Shown: in pieces, positions 61,839-64,000 of the stretch
Layout: each line of letters opens with the position of its first letter
Numbering within the stretch: the first letter of the stretch is position 1
Assembly: GCA_965645245.1 (NCBI GenBank)
Contig: OZ287086.1
Coordinates: forward strand, 682,001 to 746,000
Source: Massalongia carnosa
Taxonomy: Eukaryota
DNA length: 64,000 nt
Reading direction: 5' to 3'
Made by a program: the position numbers and the translations under genes
Notes under the pieces: generated by a model
Databases searched by the model: none
The model's input: the letters and a program-made list of their open reading frames with translations, nothing else
What the model was told of the DNA's origin: nothing

Positions 61839-63753
61839 ATGAACTCGTCACAGCAAGACGATCTTGTGTTGTCTTCTGATTTGCAGTCTATAATTGATGC
61901 ACAACAAGATGAATTAGATCAAGACGAAATAAACGAAGATTTTCAAGAACAAAGCTCAACAACAGCTGCAGAAGAGGATTTAGATTCTGAAAACCATATC
62001 GATTTACCTTTATGTGCTACGCAAAGCTTCTGAGGGTGCTCATGCCAAAAGTACACTTGCGGGATACAAAGGGTATTATTCTTTATGAACGTGCTCTTTA
62101 ATAAAGTTCACGTTTAAAATGTAGAGCATCTGTTAATAAATGAATCCAGTCAATGGAGGATGTTTTCATCCTGGGTCAAGGATAATTTTCCTAACATGAG
62201 ATATCTGTGTTACATCCAGACAAAAACACTCTATATTTGATAGCTTATTGGATTTATCAAAACTGTGATTCTCCTGAATCTGTTGAGTAAATGCATTATT
62301 CTTTAATACTAATGATCTCGTTATTAATGAACCTTTCAATAATTAAAACTCAACACTTGCTATTCCTCAAGATAAGTCATGGTTACATGCATGTAAAATG
62401 CGCTCCGCATGCAGTTGGAAGTATACATATAGCATGGAGATAGGTTCGCATCCTTGGAGAAAGGATCGAGATTGTTTATACAGTGGCAATCCGTCTATTT
62501 CGAGCACGGTATCTATCTACATGAAAAGCTTACAAAGAAAAAAAGTGAGTTCTTTTCGTTCGAGCTCTTTTAAAATAAGCATTATCAATAATATATTTCA
62601 GGTGCGAGCAGGTACTGTATCTCAAAGCGCAAGAGCAATAGTGTAAGGTTATTGTGACAGGCGATGGGAGGGAGCCCTATAGAGCTATGGCATGCGAGGA
62701 TAGAATGGATAAACTGAAAACTAGCTATCTATAAGAACCGAAACGACTAATATATACCCCTCTCTGATGTCCTACTCCTAAGAAATTCCTATCCTGATAA
62801 CTCCGATGACGCGTTGTCAGGGTCTAGACGTTCTGTCCCCGATCGAGGCGAGGATCCTCGTCCATGTGTCGAGACTCTGACAAATAGACGCAAATTTGTT
62901 ATTTCGTTTATACGAAAATAACAAGCAACATAAAACCGCTAGTCAACTGCATAGACTCGATGTAGACGAGCAAGGAGATCGATTTTAGGGCGGAGCAGCT
63001 CAACGTATGATGATATCAGTTGCTTATGTTTTGAGTTTCTTGTGTCTTTTGCGATTTGATAAAGTTCTGCACATTCAAGCACATCATATCGAGCTCATAG
63101 ATGAAGAGAAAGGTAAAATCTCGTTGTGGTTAAAGTTTCGCAAAACACATCAGGAAGGAGGTATGTGATTGCTATATGAGAGTTCATATTATACGAGCTT
63201 GTTTTAAACGAGAATAACAATAACAATTCTCAGAAATCAAACCGTTTTATTAAGACTGGAATCGGAAGGAACCAAATCTAGATGCTGTACATCTCTTGTG
63301 TAGATGGTTGCATCATACTGAAATAAAAGAAGGATTTATTTTCCGTCGATTCGATCAGTATGATAGAGTGGATAAAGCAAGTCGTCCTATAGTGAGTATG
63401 CTTGATAGTTCTTGTTTTCAAAGTGCTCTCTTTAAACGAGCTCTTAGACCTCGTCCACGTTTTTAGAGAATTTTCGCAACAATCTTGCCGATATAGGAAT
63501 AGATCCAGCTCCTTATGGTACTCATTCATTTCGAAGAGGAGGTGTACAATATCTTTCGAGTGAAAAACGATGCAACATACGCAAATTATGTGACTGGGGT
63601 GGATGGTCTTAAAGTTATAATACTTTAACAATCGTTCGTTATTTAATGAATTGGAATGATGATCCTATAAGATATCGAGATGATTTCATTAATCCGGAAG
63701 CACAGATCGGAGTAAAATGTTCTTATTGTAGTCGAGCTTGCGATTGTGCATAA
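61839..63753 (+). pseudogene. Intron-containing tyrosine recombinase (Crypton-like); missed by the ORF track
   Basis: Spliced reading: GNPSIS...SARAI|D...FLCLLRFD...FRKTHQEG-EIKPF...FRNNLADIGID...YGTHSFRRGGVQY...CDWGGWS...TIVRYL...CSYCSRACDCA. Several in-frame stops. Confidence 0.88.
62642..62882. mobile_element. Solo LTR (241 bp) inside the YR gene
   Basis: TGT...ACA ends; perfect TSD AATAG; removal restores the reading frame. Confidence 0.88.
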
Positions 63754-64000
63754 AGAACTCATTAAATACTAGTTTATGAGCTCGAACAATGAAAACCAGG
63801 AGGATGATATCAATCTGTTCTATAATGATAAAAGTTAAGTGCTTATTTAGATAAACTCTTTTCACCCGAAATCCGACTCCTCATCTTTATCCTCCCCCCC
63901 CCCCCTCCTCTTCACCCTCCTCCTCACTCCTCTCCTCTTCCTTACCTTCCTCCTCTCTCATCTCCTCATCCGTACTGAAAGGATCGGACGACACTTCCTC

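Noticed and set aside
61839..63753. YR gene as a Starship captain
   Set aside because: Too short, lacks recognisable DUF3435 features, and no cargo or boundary evidence in the window.
63880..64000. C/T-rich tract at the window end
   Set aside because: Low-complexity sequence cut by the window edge; nothing assignable.

Overview
Eukaryotic, almost certainly filamentous-ascomycete (Pezizomycotina-type) DNA, judged from short GT/GC-AG introns and the gene and TE families present. Most of the window is nested transposable elements: two Ty3/Gypsy elements, several solo LTRs with target-site duplications (TSDs), two LINE families (an RNase H-bearing LINE and a Tad-like LINE, each with young and decayed copies), a DIRS/Ngaro-type tyrosine-recombinase (YR) retrotransposon, two Tc1/mariner elements, a hAT element, a MULE remnant and an intron-containing two-gene YR DNA element. 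The only clearly intact host gene is a fungal NLR immune receptor. It has a short amyloid-like N-terminus, an NB-ARC domain and 21 near-identical 42-aa TPR repeats, and lies head-to-head with a decayed SesB-like alpha/beta hydrolase gene. Highlights: (1) the NLR/hydrolase pair, with a pseudo-repeated candidate amyloid motif; (2) an inversion between two inverted LINE copies, shown by swapped TSDs and a split hAT element; (3) a divergent two-gene Crypton-like YR element with a recurrent CGAGC motif; (4) an ~800-bp non-coding module fused in the same orientation to the 5' ends of two different LINE families. All calls come from reading the sequence by eye; no database searches or folding calculations were run.
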